DNA of 64,000 nucleotides from Salinispira sp. (GTDB lineage: Bacteria; Spirochaetota; Spirochaetia; DSM-27196; Salinispiraceae). The notes beneath the pieces are model-generated. The model was not told the origin of the DNA, searched no databases, and worked only from the letters and a program-made list of their open reading frames with translations. Below are positions 22,412 through 32,427 of the stretch, piece after piece. Both the position numbers and the translations under genes were made by a program. The stretch's first letter is position 1, and each line of letters begins with the position of its first letter. Location of the stretch: NCBI GenBank assembly GCA_965226555.1, contig CBDDDG010000010.1, positions 288,001 through 352,000 of the forward strand. The letters are read 5' to 3'.

Positions 22412-22569
22412 TTGAGCAGGGGCAAGCTCAGCTCCGGAGTGAGTATGTACTCAATATGCTTAAGGATGGTCTGTCTATGGACCTTATTCATAAGATTACC
22501 AAGCTCAGCGGGGATGAAATTCGAGCATTTACGAAAAACGAAAATGGCAGGGAAAACGGTAGAGCGTAG
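22411..22569 (+). pseudogene. Orphan alternative Rpn C-terminal tail
   Basis: Translates IEQGQAQLRSEYVLNMLKDGLSMDLIHKITKLSGDEIRAFTKNENGRENGRA* with no start codon at its 5' end. Confidence 0.75.
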
Positions 22570-22606
22570 CACAGAGCTTTGCGCGCCTGAGCGTAGCGCA
22601 GAGCTC

Positions 22607-22695
22607 TGCGCTCCACCTCCGGCAGGCGCGGGGGGGCTGGTCGGCGCTCCGCGCCTGCTCGCCCAAGCATCCGGGCTGGTCGGCGCTCCGCGCCT
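22607..22695. repeat. GC-rich dispersed repeat
   Basis: Matches 19057-19093; internal duplication of GGGCTGGTCGGCGCTCCGCGCC. Confidence 0.75.
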
Positions 22696-22728
22696 TCACG
22701 CATCATAAAATTACTCAGGGGGAAAAAC

Positions 22729-23325
22729 ATGCAGATAGTCTGTCTTGATCTGGAAGGAGTTCTCATGCCGGAAATATGGCGTGCTCTGGCTCATGATACC
22801 GGCATTGAAGAACTCACACGCACAACCCGCGATGAACCCGATTACAACATTCTCATGCGGCAGCGGCTGAAAATTCTGCGGGAGCATCATGTATCAATAC
22901 AGGACATTCACCGAACCATTGCCGCAATGGAGCCGCTGGACGGGGCGGCGCTTTTCCTTGAAAGCCTGCGGCGGGAACGGCAAATCATCATTCTCTCCGA
23001 TACCTTTTACTCCTTCATAAATCCCTTCATGAAAAAGCTCGCCTCCCCCACTATTTTCTGTAATGATCTTATTATTGATTCCCAAGGAGTAATACAGGAC
23101 TATGAGCTCAGGAAGGAAAACGCTAAGGCAGACGCGGTTGCAGCGCTGCAATCCATGAACTTCACGGTCTTTGCCGCCGGCGACTCATACAATGACATTA
23201 CCATGATTCAGCAGGCAGACATGGCATGTTTCTTTCGTGCTCCCGAAAGTATACTGACGGAATATTCGACAATTCCTGCCTTTACCGACTATGAGAATCT
23301 ATTGAATTACATCTGCGGGGACTGA
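22729..23325 (+). CDS. thrH: Phosphoserine phosphatase/homoserine phosphotransferase
   Basis: CLDLEGVLMPEIW, TTRDEPDY, AAGDSYNDITM. Confidence 0.92.
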   Translation: MQIVCLDLEGVLMPEIWRALAHDTGIEELTRTTRDEPDYNILMRQRLKILREHHVSIQDIHRTIAAMEPLDGAALFLESLRRERQIIILSDTFYSFINPFMKKLASPTIFCNDLIIDSQGVIQDYELRKENAKADAVAALQSMNFTVFAAGDSYNDITMIQQADMACFFRAPESILTEYSTIPAFTDYENLLNYICGD

Positions 23326-24437
23326 GCGGGACTTATGGCTGCTTTTTTCTGTACCTTCGGCTTTCCCGAAAAACAGGGGCAGAGCGATTTGAAAAGCGGG
23401 CCATGGTGGACAATCATTACCTGATACAGGATTCGAGGTAAAATGCGGGCGAGTTCGGCATAGCTCATACCAACTGTGTATTGAAACAAATTTACTTCCT
23501 TTGCTGCCCCGCCAACTGAAGCATCAACTGAAGCTCCATACGGCACAGACGGCTCGCCAACTAAATTGCCATAAGCAGCAGCCCTTGCCGCTTGCCCGCC
23601 ATCTACAAAAGGCAGCGCAACGGTGGGATTCATCAATATTCCGCAGATAAATGCCGCATCAACACCCTGATCCATAAGATACCGGGCGCAGGTAAAATCG
23701 TTAAGGCCGATCCTTCGCCTATCCTGTGTGTGCAGGTAGGCAATGCCATCCAGAATTTGCTCCAGCGGACCCTTTGAATAATGAAATGCGCGGGACATAT
23801 CATACCGGGAGCGCACAATTCCCACCTTGATCAGGGCATCGTGCATTGAACGAAACAACTGTTCAAGATTGGTGTTATTGAGAGCTGTGCGGAAGGCCAT
23901 AACAGCGATATCGGTTCCCTGGTTGTTTTTATGAATAATGGCCGGAATGTCATAATTTATTACATACATACCGCGGATATGTTTGACCGATTGTCCATTA
24001 ATGGTACATACGCTATTTTTCGAAACCCAGAGACTAAAAAGCTCTTCTGCGCTTATATCGAATATCTTCAGGGCCTGAAAGGCTCCAATGATCTCAGAAT
24101 CCTCAAAACTCCGGTGAAAATAGTTTTCAAATGAGGTGATCATCGCGGGGGTGAAGGCTTCCCTCCCCATGACGGCAAAATGAAGTTTCAGCGCATAGTA
24201 TTGTTCGATAATGTTATTTTTTACAATAAATTCACCGGGGAAGTTCGCCATATAGATTAATTCCATGGCGGAGCAATATTTTTCGGTGGATTTCAGCACC
24301 TTGAGCATGGTGCTTTCAACAAGTACCCCGTTCGTTTCGGGGCGGAGGGCAACAAAAATATCCTGATAATTCGGATCGGTTGCGGGGCCGGGATATGGGA
24401 CGATAATGGTCGGTAATCCGTTCATTTTCACAGCCAA
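23307..24437 (-). CDS. Hypothetical protein immediately downstream of pheT
   Basis: 376-aa ORF abutting the pheT stop. Confidence 0.65.
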   Translation of the reverse strand: MAVKMNGLPTIIVPYPGPATDPNYQDIFVALRPETNGVLVESTMLKVLKSTEKYCSAMELIYMANFPGEFIVKNNIIEQYYALKLHFAVMGREAFTPAMITSFENYFHRSFEDSEIIGAFQALKIFDISAEELFSLWVSKNSVCTINGQSVKHIRGMYVINYDIPAIIHKNNQGTDIAVMAFRTALNNTNLEQLFRSMHDALIKVGIVRSRYDMSRAFHYSKGPLEQILDGIAYLHTQDRRRIGLNDFTCARYLMDQGVDAAFICGILMNPTVALPFVDGGQAARAAAYGNLVGEPSVPYGASVDASVGGAAKEVNLFQYTVGMSYAELARILPRILYQVMIVHHGPLFKSLCPCFSGKPKVQKKAAISPAQSPQM

Positions 24438-26201
24438 TTATCCACCCAGGAGCATATCCAGATCAATTTCACAGGCGCTCGCCGGCATACTAATACTCCA
24501 ATTCACCAGAATTCCAGGATGCAGTTCTCCAAACACCCCTACCTGCCTGCCATGTACCATAAGAGCGGCAACACGCCCGTTGATGAAACGAAGGTCATTC
24601 GATTCTTCAATAGTATATGTTTTTCCAATATAATAAAACAATGTTGCTACCTGACTCGAAATATGATTAAAGCCCGCATTCTGATCCGCTACGACAAAAC
24701 CGAGCGCATTTTTACTCCGTGAACCATAGGCATTTTCGGCATCGGGCGAGACTGTCTTACCCACTTCAAAAATAGCATGGGGATATGCCGCATTGCCCGA
24801 TACCGATTCAGCATTCAGTAAGGCAGGGAGAATTGAATTGCGAAGGAATTCATGATTTTCACTCATGGGGTTAAGAATTTGCACAATGTCCGCCGGTAAT
24901 AATATATCGCACAATGAGTCATGGGACGATGTTTTGTCATCGGATTCGGATGCTATGAGAGAAAAATTTGGATGCATTCGATAAATATAATCGCGGGCAG
25001 AACCAAGATAGTTGAATATCATCTCCTGAAAACCAAGTCCGACCATAACATTCCGCACGCTGCGCATAAATTCTTCTATCGGTGTAAGCCGGCCAATGGT
25101 AAAATCGTTCGGAAGTTCGGGGCTGAAACTGTCCATGCCCCTGCCTATCATAACATCTTCCGCAACATCGACACTATGGAGAAAGTCGTTCCGGTATTCG
25201 GGGGGAACGAGCAGTAATGAATTGCGGGACTTCACTATCTTGTTTCCCATGCGCTCAAGCGATTGCCGAATTTCCGTGCTATTTAGCCGGAGGCCCAGCA
25301 GGCTGTTAATTGAATGTGATTCGACCTTCTGCGCTTCCTGAAAATAATAGGGGATGGTAATTTCTCTGCCAAACTCGGTAGTAAAAGGATATTCTGCTTT
25401 TACGGGCAGTATCGTGAAGCCTTCGTCCGCCAGATCACAGGCAACAATTGAGGCTGTGAGTATGAGATTTTGAAGATTTGTACCCGTCAGCTCTACAAAA
25501 ATCTCATTATGACCAACCTCTACAGCGCCGATATCCGCGGAATTAATAACCGGCGGATAACTGAGGACAGCACCTTTATCATCGCAGAGAAGGGGAAAAA
25601 GCGGATGTTCGGCAACAATGTGCCCATATTCCTGCCCCTTGGGATGATCTTCATTTATTTTCCGGAGGCTCATGGGATGATCGAAGCCCAGAGGGACAAA
25701 GGTTGTTGTATCGGGGTCGGCGCCGCGGTAGTGCACAGGATATTGAATGCGGTCGTTTCGATATATGCCCATGGCAATGGCCCTGCGTTTCTGCCCGAAA
25801 TTCCAGCAGAGTTTTTCCTGTGTCTGGATAATTTCATTCAGTATGTCTTCTGTTATTGTCCGGCCGCCTGCGGCAAATCCGACAATGTAGGGGCGGATAT
25901 TTTGAATGCTTTTGTCTACCTGTATGCGGCGGTTAGCGGAATTTTTCGTGTCGTTTATGCGTGAAAAGAAGGGGTATTCGGGAATGTCGGCGCCTTCATA
26001 GATGCGCAGAAGGCGGGTAAGACCGGCAAGCGACCAGAGATCGGGGCGGTTCGTATCGTTTAGTTCGATTTTAATGGTATTGTCCAGCATTTCATCGAGT
26101 TCGGCCTTGGCAACGGTAAGTAATTTTTCGAGTTCATTGTTGGTACAGGTTTTTCCGAGGCGGGCAAAAAATGCGCCTCGGGATAGTTCAATTTTAGGCA
26201 T
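24438..26201 (-). CDS. pheT: Phenylalanine-tRNA ligase beta subunit (archaeal/eukaryote-type)
   Basis: MPKIE start, DTNRPDLWS, QEKL..NFG.KR, RNDFLHSVDVAED, GELHP. Confidence 0.95.
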   Translation of the reverse strand: MPKIELSRGAFFARLGKTCTNNELEKLLTVAKAELDEMLDNTIKIELNDTNRPDLWSLAGLTRLLRIYEGADIPEYPFFSRINDTKNSANRRIQVDKSIQNIRPYIVGFAAGGRTITEDILNEIIQTQEKLCWNFGQKRRAIAMGIYRNDRIQYPVHYRGADPDTTTFVPLGFDHPMSLRKINEDHPKGQEYGHIVAEHPLFPLLCDDKGAVLSYPPVINSADIGAVEVGHNEIFVELTGTNLQNLILTASIVACDLADEGFTILPVKAEYPFTTEFGREITIPYYFQEAQKVESHSINSLLGLRLNSTEIRQSLERMGNKIVKSRNSLLLVPPEYRNDFLHSVDVAEDVMIGRGMDSFSPELPNDFTIGRLTPIEEFMRSVRNVMVGLGFQEMIFNYLGSARDYIYRMHPNFSLIASESDDKTSSHDSLCDILLPADIVQILNPMSENHEFLRNSILPALLNAESVSGNAAYPHAIFEVGKTVSPDAENAYGSRSKNALGFVVADQNAGFNHISSQVATLFYYIGKTYTIEESNDLRFINGRVAALMVHGRQVGVFGELHPGILVNWSISMPASACEIDLDMLLGG

Positions 26202-27819
26202 GGCGCATGCTCTCTGCGCTCGGCGGGGCTGCGCTCTGCTGGGCTGTTGCGCTCGGCGGGCGGGACTGACATCTGAGTCTGACTTTTTCAATGTCCATAC
26301 TGAAGAGTTCCCTGAGATCATTCAAGCCGAGACGCATAAGCGCCATACGGTCAATTCCAAGACCCCAGGCCAGAACAGGAACCTCAATACCCATTGGCCG
26401 AGTAACCTCTGGGCGAAAAATTCCTGCTCCCCCAAGCTCAAACCAGCCAAGTGTCGGATGCTCTATGTGAACCTCAACTGAGGGCTCCGTGAAGGGAAAA
26501 TATCCCGGAACATATTTAACAGCCGAGGCTCCCGCAATTTCAGTTGCGAACATCTTGAGGAGGCCAAGCAGAGTTCTCAACGATACGCTTTCCCCCAGAA
26601 CAATGCCTTCGGTCTGATAAAAATCGGAAAGATGGGTTGCATCTACCTGATCGTAACGGAAACAGCGGAGAATACCAAAGTACTTTCCGGGAACCCGCGC
26701 TTCGTGGAGTGTTTTTGCGCTCATCACGGTACCCTGACTTCGGAGAATGAGACGGCGTGTAAAATCTCTATTAAATTGATATCCCCATCCCCTGCTTCCC
26801 GTATCGGCTCCATTTTCATGAACAGCGGCAACATTATCCAGCCAGGGCTGTTCTATTTCTTTTGCATACAGGGGGTCTTTTACATAATAGACATCGTGAA
26901 TGTCGCGGGCTGCGTGAAATTGGGGCATAAACAGGGCATCGGAATTCCAGAATTCCGATTCCACCAGAGGACCGTCAAACTCTTCAAAGCCCAGCGCAAC
27001 CAATTTATCCCGAACCCAGTCGAGGTATTCTGAATATGGATTTTTTCTTCCCGCATACAGGCGGCTGGGAGGAAGCTGAATGGCATAGGGCCTGAAATGC
27101 GCCCCCTTCCAGCTGCCCTCTTTCAGCATTTTCGCGGTAAGTGCCGTAATTTCTTCCCCGCTTATGCCCTCATCACGGAGGGCATCATGTGTTTTTACCG
27201 CATCGTCGGTAAATGTATAGAGGACTTCTTCCCGTTCAATAATACGAAAAACGGCAGTAGAAGCTCCCCGTTTTTTCCCTATTCGGGCAAGTATGCCGCG
27301 TTCATCGGGGCTGAGATCATCCATATTATAGTGCGTTGCAGATTTTGTTCTGTTCAGAATGGCGCGGGTTTTTATAAGATCGATGGCGCATGATTCATCG
27401 CGCAGCACGACCTGTTTGTGATCATCCATGGAAAGCGCGCCCTGCTTTGAAAGCTGTCCGAAAGCTGAACCGACATCGCGGTTTTCCAGACCTAGGAGCT
27501 CAGCAATGCGCGGAAGCGCAGCGGCTCCGCGCTCTTTGAGAAGTGTGATAATTCGCTCGGCGGGAGTGCCGTTGCGCTTATATGTTTCCCCAAGCGCAGT
27601 AAGCTCATAATAGGTGAGTGTTTTCCGTTGATTTTCACTAATGAGCGATCGGGCTGCAAGCCAACTGAGAGCCTGATTTGCCTGCCCGGTATTAAAATGC
27701 AATTCACTGCACAGAAGATCCGCGCTGAGAATTTGGGGCGGGCGGGCAGGCGCCGAAGCTGATGACATAAAATGAAGGAGCACCTTAATTTCCAGCGGAT
27801 GTAGATTTCGTAGATCCAT
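26194..27819 (-). CDS. pheS: Phenylalanine-tRNA ligase alpha subunit (archaeal/eukaryote-type)
   Basis: FWNSDALFMPQFHAARD, FRYDQVDATH, GYFPFTEPS, AWGLGIDR. Confidence 0.96.
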   Translation of the reverse strand: MDLRNLHPLEIKVLLHFMSSASAPARPPQILSADLLCSELHFNTGQANQALSWLAARSLISENQRKTLTYYELTALGETYKRNGTPAERIITLLKERGAAALPRIAELLGLENRDVGSAFGQLSKQGALSMDDHKQVVLRDESCAIDLIKTRAILNRTKSATHYNMDDLSPDERGILARIGKKRGASTAVFRIIEREEVLYTFTDDAVKTHDALRDEGISGEEITALTAKMLKEGSWKGAHFRPYAIQLPPSRLYAGRKNPYSEYLDWVRDKLVALGFEEFDGPLVESEFWNSDALFMPQFHAARDIHDVYYVKDPLYAKEIEQPWLDNVAAVHENGADTGSRGWGYQFNRDFTRRLILRSQGTVMSAKTLHEARVPGKYFGILRCFRYDQVDATHLSDFYQTEGIVLGESVSLRTLLGLLKMFATEIAGASAVKYVPGYFPFTEPSVEVHIEHPTLGWFELGGAGIFRPEVTRPMGIEVPVLAWGLGIDRMALMRLGLNDLRELFSMDIEKVRLRCQSRPPSATAQQSAAPPSAESMRHA

Positions 27820-27862
27820 GTACTCTCCCGTGAGTTATGAGAACACCAGCAGTATACTGACT

Positions 27863-27973
27863 GAAAGTTTTGCATTGGAAAATTGTGCGCGCACAATTTT
27901 CCAATGCAAAACTTTGTGACTGTTTCTTATAGAAACCACACTATACGAAAATTTTATAAAATGCAAAAGTTTC
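27863..27973. repeat. Palindromic core (27863-27916) plus half-site (27947-27973)
   Basis: GAAAGTTTTGCATTGGAAAATTGTGCGCGCACAATTTTCCAATGCAAAACTTTG, an almost perfect palindrome. Confidence 0.88.
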
Positions 27974-27999
27974 AGGAGATTTATATGAGGAACATCTCA

Positions 28000-29586
28000 T
28001 TACTCTCTCTGCGTCATGCGTGACGGCCGCGCAAAAATTTCACCGCTTAATTTTCGTTCTCTGAAAAATCCGCGCTCAGGATTGTTAAAAGAGTCGTATG
28101 TTGCAAGCCGAAAGTAATACATTTTGTCGTTCTCAAGACCCTCAAGAAGCACCTCATCTACATTGCCCACATTTACCGGACTCACTCCGAGGGTACTATC
28201 TCTCCCGAAATAATTTCCGGGCGCATCTCCATAATACAAAAGATACCCTTCAGCGCCAATTACCTCACGCCAGAAAAGCCGTATTGTTTCATCGCCCGGC
28301 TGCGCGGTAATAGTAAGCGGCGCCGGCGGTATGGGATTATGTTCGTAATGAAAAACAAGATTCTGGACAATGGGAATGTTTTTCGCGCTCCCGTCCGGCA
28401 GAAAATCGATACGCACAAAAAGATAGCGCCCGAAACCGGAGCCCGCAGAAATATCTGAAGAAATAGTATGTTCATACATGCTCCTCGGGCTGAGGGGCGC
28501 CCAGATCAAAGAATCCGTAAAATGATCATATGACGTGAATGTTTCTCTCTGAAGCATGGAAAAGCGCAGCCCGCTGTTTCCCGGAGTCCGATAAAGCGCA
28601 TCGAATTCGGTAATGCGGGCGCCGTCGTGCCCGAGGTCTATTGGACCAATTACCGCATAGCCCGGTTCCTTCGATGCCGCTCCCAGCTCCGGCTTATCAA
28701 CCCAGGTACGCTGAATGCGCAGATCGTCCATGAAGCCCTGATAATTTGCCCCTATGGAAAGTGTGGTACCGGATTCTTCTCCAATGTGGAACAGAAAGGG
28801 ATCGCCCGATTCAGTGCCGGTGCCTGTTGCATAGGCAAGGTCATCGCTTATGCCATTAATGAGATATTCAACAAGACCCCACTGACTATTGTAGCGGAGT
28901 AAATGATGGCTCCAGCTTCGGGGAACAATTTTTCTGCGGCTTGTGAGAGAAATCGATTCATATTGTACGTGTGTCTGCCCCTGCTCATCGGCAAAGAGTC
29001 TCATGAATACATTGTCCATGCGCCATGTGAAATGTCCATTTTCTATGAAAGCACTGAGTTCCTGAATGGCGGGGTCTTCATCCAGCCAGGATCGTCCCTT
29101 CCAGTACAAAATTTCTTCGGAATCTCTGAACTCAGCAGGATATATCCAGAATTCTATTGTGAATGCATCGGGAGTATTACCCGGAGCAAAGAGGCTTTGC
29201 TGACCGGCACTGAGTTCGAGGCTTTCTCCCGGAAAAAATACGGCAGCGCCCTCTCCCCGGTACCAATGTGAATGCTGAACATTCGTCCAATTGCTCATAA
29301 CTTCATAGGGAAAAGAATTGTGAAGAATGTACTCAGCCGGATCAGTGTTAAATGGTAACAATACATCGGTGTATTCATCTCTATAATTTTCCGCATCGGC
29401 AAGACCGAGCGCGCTGTCATTCCATAGACCTGAGCGAACCTGCGCGCCGCTGAGAAGGTAGGTATGATCAACAGGGTTTATCTCCAGCTCATACTCAAGA
29501 GCATTCATGGAAACAGAACATGGCAGAATGATAATACTGAACACGCAGATTTTACAGATCACGGTATTCCGGCATTTTTTTAACAT
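28000..29586 (-). CDS. Secreted LamG-like plus fibronectin III domain protein
   Basis: Signal peptide, FTIEFWIYP, YQGFMDDLRI, GYLLYYG..LENDKMYYFRL. Confidence 0.7.
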   Translation of the reverse strand: MLKKCRNTVICKICVFSIIILPCSVSMNALEYELEINPVDHTYLLSGAQVRSGLWNDSALGLADAENYRDEYTDVLLPFNTDPAEYILHNSFPYEVMSNWTNVQHSHWYRGEGAAVFFPGESLELSAGQQSLFAPGNTPDAFTIEFWIYPAEFRDSEEILYWKGRSWLDEDPAIQELSAFIENGHFTWRMDNVFMRLFADEQGQTHVQYESISLTSRRKIVPRSWSHHLLRYNSQWGLVEYLINGISDDLAYATGTGTESGDPFLFHIGEESGTTLSIGANYQGFMDDLRIQRTWVDKPELGAASKEPGYAVIGPIDLGHDGARITEFDALYRTPGNSGLRFSMLQRETFTSYDHFTDSLIWAPLSPRSMYEHTISSDISAGSGFGRYLFVRIDFLPDGSAKNIPIVQNLVFHYEHNPIPPAPLTITAQPGDETIRLFWREVIGAEGYLLYYGDAPGNYFGRDSTLGVSPVNVGNVDEVLLEGLENDKMYYFRLATYDSFNNPERGFFRERKLSGEIFARPSRMTQRE

Positions 29587-29596
29587 GATATTCCTA

Positions 29597-29748
29597 CAAA
29601 GTTTTGCATTGCAAAATTGTGCGCGCACAATTTCCAGCAGCAAAAGTTTCTATATTACTGTATCGGCATGTGTTACTATATAGTAACACTCTGAGAAACT
29701 TTTGCATTGCAAAATTGCGCGTGCGCAATTTCCAGCAGCAAAGGTGTC
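29597..29748. repeat. Two palindromic core copies (29597-29650, 29695-29748) between divergent genes
   Basis: TTTTGCATTGCAAAATTG.GCG.GC.CAATTTCCAGCAGCAAA occurs twice. Confidence 0.85.
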
Positions 29749-29768
29749 GGATCTGGTAATGGCGCGTT

Positions 29769-31565
29769 GTGAATAGAGATGAATTAAAAAACAGTGTGAA
29801 TGATTTTCCTCTTAGTCCGGGAATCTACCTCATGAAAGATAGATACGGACGAATTATTTATGTGGGCAAGGCAAAAAAACTCCGTAACCGCATTCGTTCA
29901 TATTTTTCTCCCGTTAAGGATAAGAAAACATCTCTGCTTATTGGGAAGATTGATACCATTGATGTTGTTGTTACCGACAACGAATATGAAGCGCTTATTC
30001 TCGAAAATAACCTTATAAAGGAACATTCGCCCCGCTATAATATCAACCTGAAAGACGGCAAAACCTACCCTGTTATCCGAATTACTGCCGATGAGTACCC
30101 CCGGGTTTTCCGCACCCGAAACATCATTAAAGACGGCTCCGATTATTTCGGCCCCTTTGTGAACCTCAAAGCAACCGATATGTACCTTGGTATTATTGAT
30201 ACGCTTTTTCCTCTGCGGAAATGCAGGGGACGGCTGAAAAAACGGGAACACCCCTGCCTTTACTACCACATCGGAAAATGCCCCGGGCCCTGCGCCGGGC
30301 TCATTACGCGCAAAAAATACCAGCGGCAGGTTACGCGCATCCGAAATTTCCTCAGTTCCTCACCTGAGAACATAAAGCAGAATATACGGAAGAGTATGGA
30401 GAAGTCCGCGAAAAAGCTCAATTTTGAACGGGCTTCGGAATTCCGCGACAGCCTGCTCGCCATTGAAGCCATGGAAAAAGATCAGCATGTAAATGACTTC
30501 GACAATGAGAAACGGGATTATACGGCATTTCATGAGCATGGAGGAATTATCAGCTTTGTGGTGTTTCAGATGCGGCAGGGAAAGTTGATCGGAACCGATA
30601 TTTTTCGCAGCCGGAATTTTGCGGATGATGGAGACGGTAGTCTTGAACAGTTCATTATGCGCTACTATGAAGATATACGAAAACCGCCCTCCGTTTTGTA
30701 TGTTCTCGCCGACACCGTAGACTTCGGGCTTCTTGAGCGGTTTTTCAGAAAACACCAAGGGGCTGCGGTGCGGGTGCGCGCTGCGGAATCGGACAGGGAT
30801 CGCCGCCTCCTGCGCATGGCAAAGGAGAATGCGCGGCACGATAGCGTTAAACGCGCCAGAGAAATAGGTGATGAAGAGGGTATTACCGAGCTGAAGAAGT
30901 TATTCAAGCTTCCCGGTCTTCCGCGGCGCATTGAGGGTTTTGACATTGCTCATATGCAGGGAAAGTACACGGTGGCAGCCCTCGTGAGCTTTTGGAATGG
31001 AATTCCCGATAAGAAAAATTATCGCTATTTTAATATGCGCAATACACAGAACAAAATTGACGACTATGAATCTATGCGGGAAGTCATAGCCAGAAGATAT
31101 ACCAAACTTTTGAATGAAAAAAAGACTCTGCCGGATCTCATTCTTCTTGATGGTGGAAAGGGTCAGCTTAGTGCCGCCTGCCGGATTCTTGAGGGCATAG
31201 GATTGAAGGGACTTCCCATTCTCAGTCTGGCAAAGCAGGAGGAAGAGATATTTCTCCCCGGACATGCGCAAGGGTTCATTCTGCCAGCAGGGAGTCCCGG
31301 ACTCCGTGTTCTTCAGGCGGTACGGGATGAAGCGCACCGCTTTGCGACCAGTCGGAGGGCAGCATCACAAAGCGGGGAAATTAGACTGCAGCAACTGGAA
31401 GCAATACAGGGAATAGGACCCAAACGTGCAAAAAGGCTCATGGAATTCAGCGGATCATTGGACACGCTTGCTGCCAGCGCAGTCTCCGAAATTGCGGAAG
31501 CATGCGGCATCAGCAAAGAACTTGCCCGGGCTGCCAGAGACAGTATCAGGAAAAATTTTCAGTAG
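29769..31565 (+). CDS. uvrC: Excinuclease ABC subunit C
   Basis: GIY-YIG (PGIYLMKD..IIYVGKAK.LRNR), RIEGFDI, LLDGGKGQL, RDEAHRFA, HhH. Confidence 0.97.
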   Translation: MNRDELKNSVNDFPLSPGIYLMKDRYGRIIYVGKAKKLRNRIRSYFSPVKDKKTSLLIGKIDTIDVVVTDNEYEALILENNLIKEHSPRYNINLKDGKTYPVIRITADEYPRVFRTRNIIKDGSDYFGPFVNLKATDMYLGIIDTLFPLRKCRGRLKKREHPCLYYHIGKCPGPCAGLITRKKYQRQVTRIRNFLSSSPENIKQNIRKSMEKSAKKLNFERASEFRDSLLAIEAMEKDQHVNDFDNEKRDYTAFHEHGGIISFVVFQMRQGKLIGTDIFRSRNFADDGDGSLEQFIMRYYEDIRKPPSVLYVLADTVDFGLLERFFRKHQGAAVRVRAAESDRDRRLLRMAKENARHDSVKRAREIGDEEGITELKKLFKLPGLPRRIEGFDIAHMQGKYTVAALVSFWNGIPDKKNYRYFNMRNTQNKIDDYESMREVIARRYTKLLNEKKTLPDLILLDGGKGQLSAACRILEGIGLKGLPILSLAKQEEEIFLPGHAQGFILPAGSPGLRVLQAVRDEAHRFATSRRAASQSGEIRLQQLEAIQGIGPKRAKRLMEFSGSLDTLAASAVSEIAEACGISKELARAARDSIRKNFQ

Positions 31566-31629
31566 CAAAATTTTCTATAAAATGTTATATCCTGTAGAAA
31601 ACTCACTGATATGAAGGCATGGAGGTCTC

Positions 31630-32427
31630 ATGAATGTTACCAACACACTCAGATACGGGGGAACATGCAATTTTTCTGTTAAGCCGGGCGCTGCCGCGCT
31701 TGACATTAGCGGACTCAGCTTTGCGTATCCCCGAGATACGGAATGTGTGTTGCAGGACCTCAATATACGTGTGGAACCGGGCGAGCGTGTAGCTCTTGCA
31801 GGCCCGAACGGAGCAGGAAAATCGACCCTGCTTAAAATTATTATGGGAGAACTCTCATTCCGAAACGGAAGTATACTCATCTACGGACATCCCGTGCAGC
31901 GCTGCCACCACAGGGTTGCCGTTATACCGCAACGATCGAAGATCGACTGGAATTTTCCCCTGAATGTACGGCAAATTGTGAACATGGGGCGTTATCCTCA
32001 TCTTGGTTGGCTGCATCATCTTCAGAAAAAAGATGAGGAAATTGTCGATACGGCAATGGAAACTATGGAGATACAGGATTTGGCAGACCGCCAGATCGGA
32101 GAGCTTTCGGGCGGACAGCAGCAGCGGGTCATGCTCGCCCGCATGCTCGCTCAGGATTCCGATCTCTTTCTGCTGGATGAACCTCTGAATCATGTTGATA
32201 TACGAAGCCAGGAACTTATCTTTCACACACTTGAAGACCTCTCTCGGAAGGGGAAAACCTCAATCGTCAGCACCCACGATCTTGGTATTCTCACTGTTCA
32301 TTTCAACCGCGCGCTCTTTCTGGATAAGAAAATAATTGCCGATGGGCCGGTGAAAACGGTTATGACTCCTGAAACCATCGCCCGCGCCTACGGCTTTGAA
32401 TTCCACAAGGATTATCATCGTGTTTGA
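31630..32427 (+). CDS. Mn/Zn ABC transporter ATP-binding protein
   Basis: GPNGAGKST, PQRSKIDWNFP, LSGGQQQR. Confidence 0.9.
   Translation: MNVTNTLRYGGTCNFSVKPGAAALDISGLSFAYPRDTECVLQDLNIRVEPGERVALAGPNGAGKSTLLKIIMGELSFRNGSILIYGHPVQRCHHRVAVIPQRSKIDWNFPLNVRQIVNMGRYPHLGWLHHLQKKDEEIVDTAMETMEIQDLADRQIGELSGGQQQRVMLARMLAQDSDLFLLDEPLNHVDIRSQELIFHTLEDLSRKGKTSIVSTHDLGILTVHFNRALFLDKKIIADGPVKTVMTPETIARAYGFEFHKDYHRV

Noticed and set aside
24438..27819. Recent archaeal gene transfer of PheRS
   Set aside because: Archaeal/eukaryote-type PheRS is an established feature of spirochaetes.
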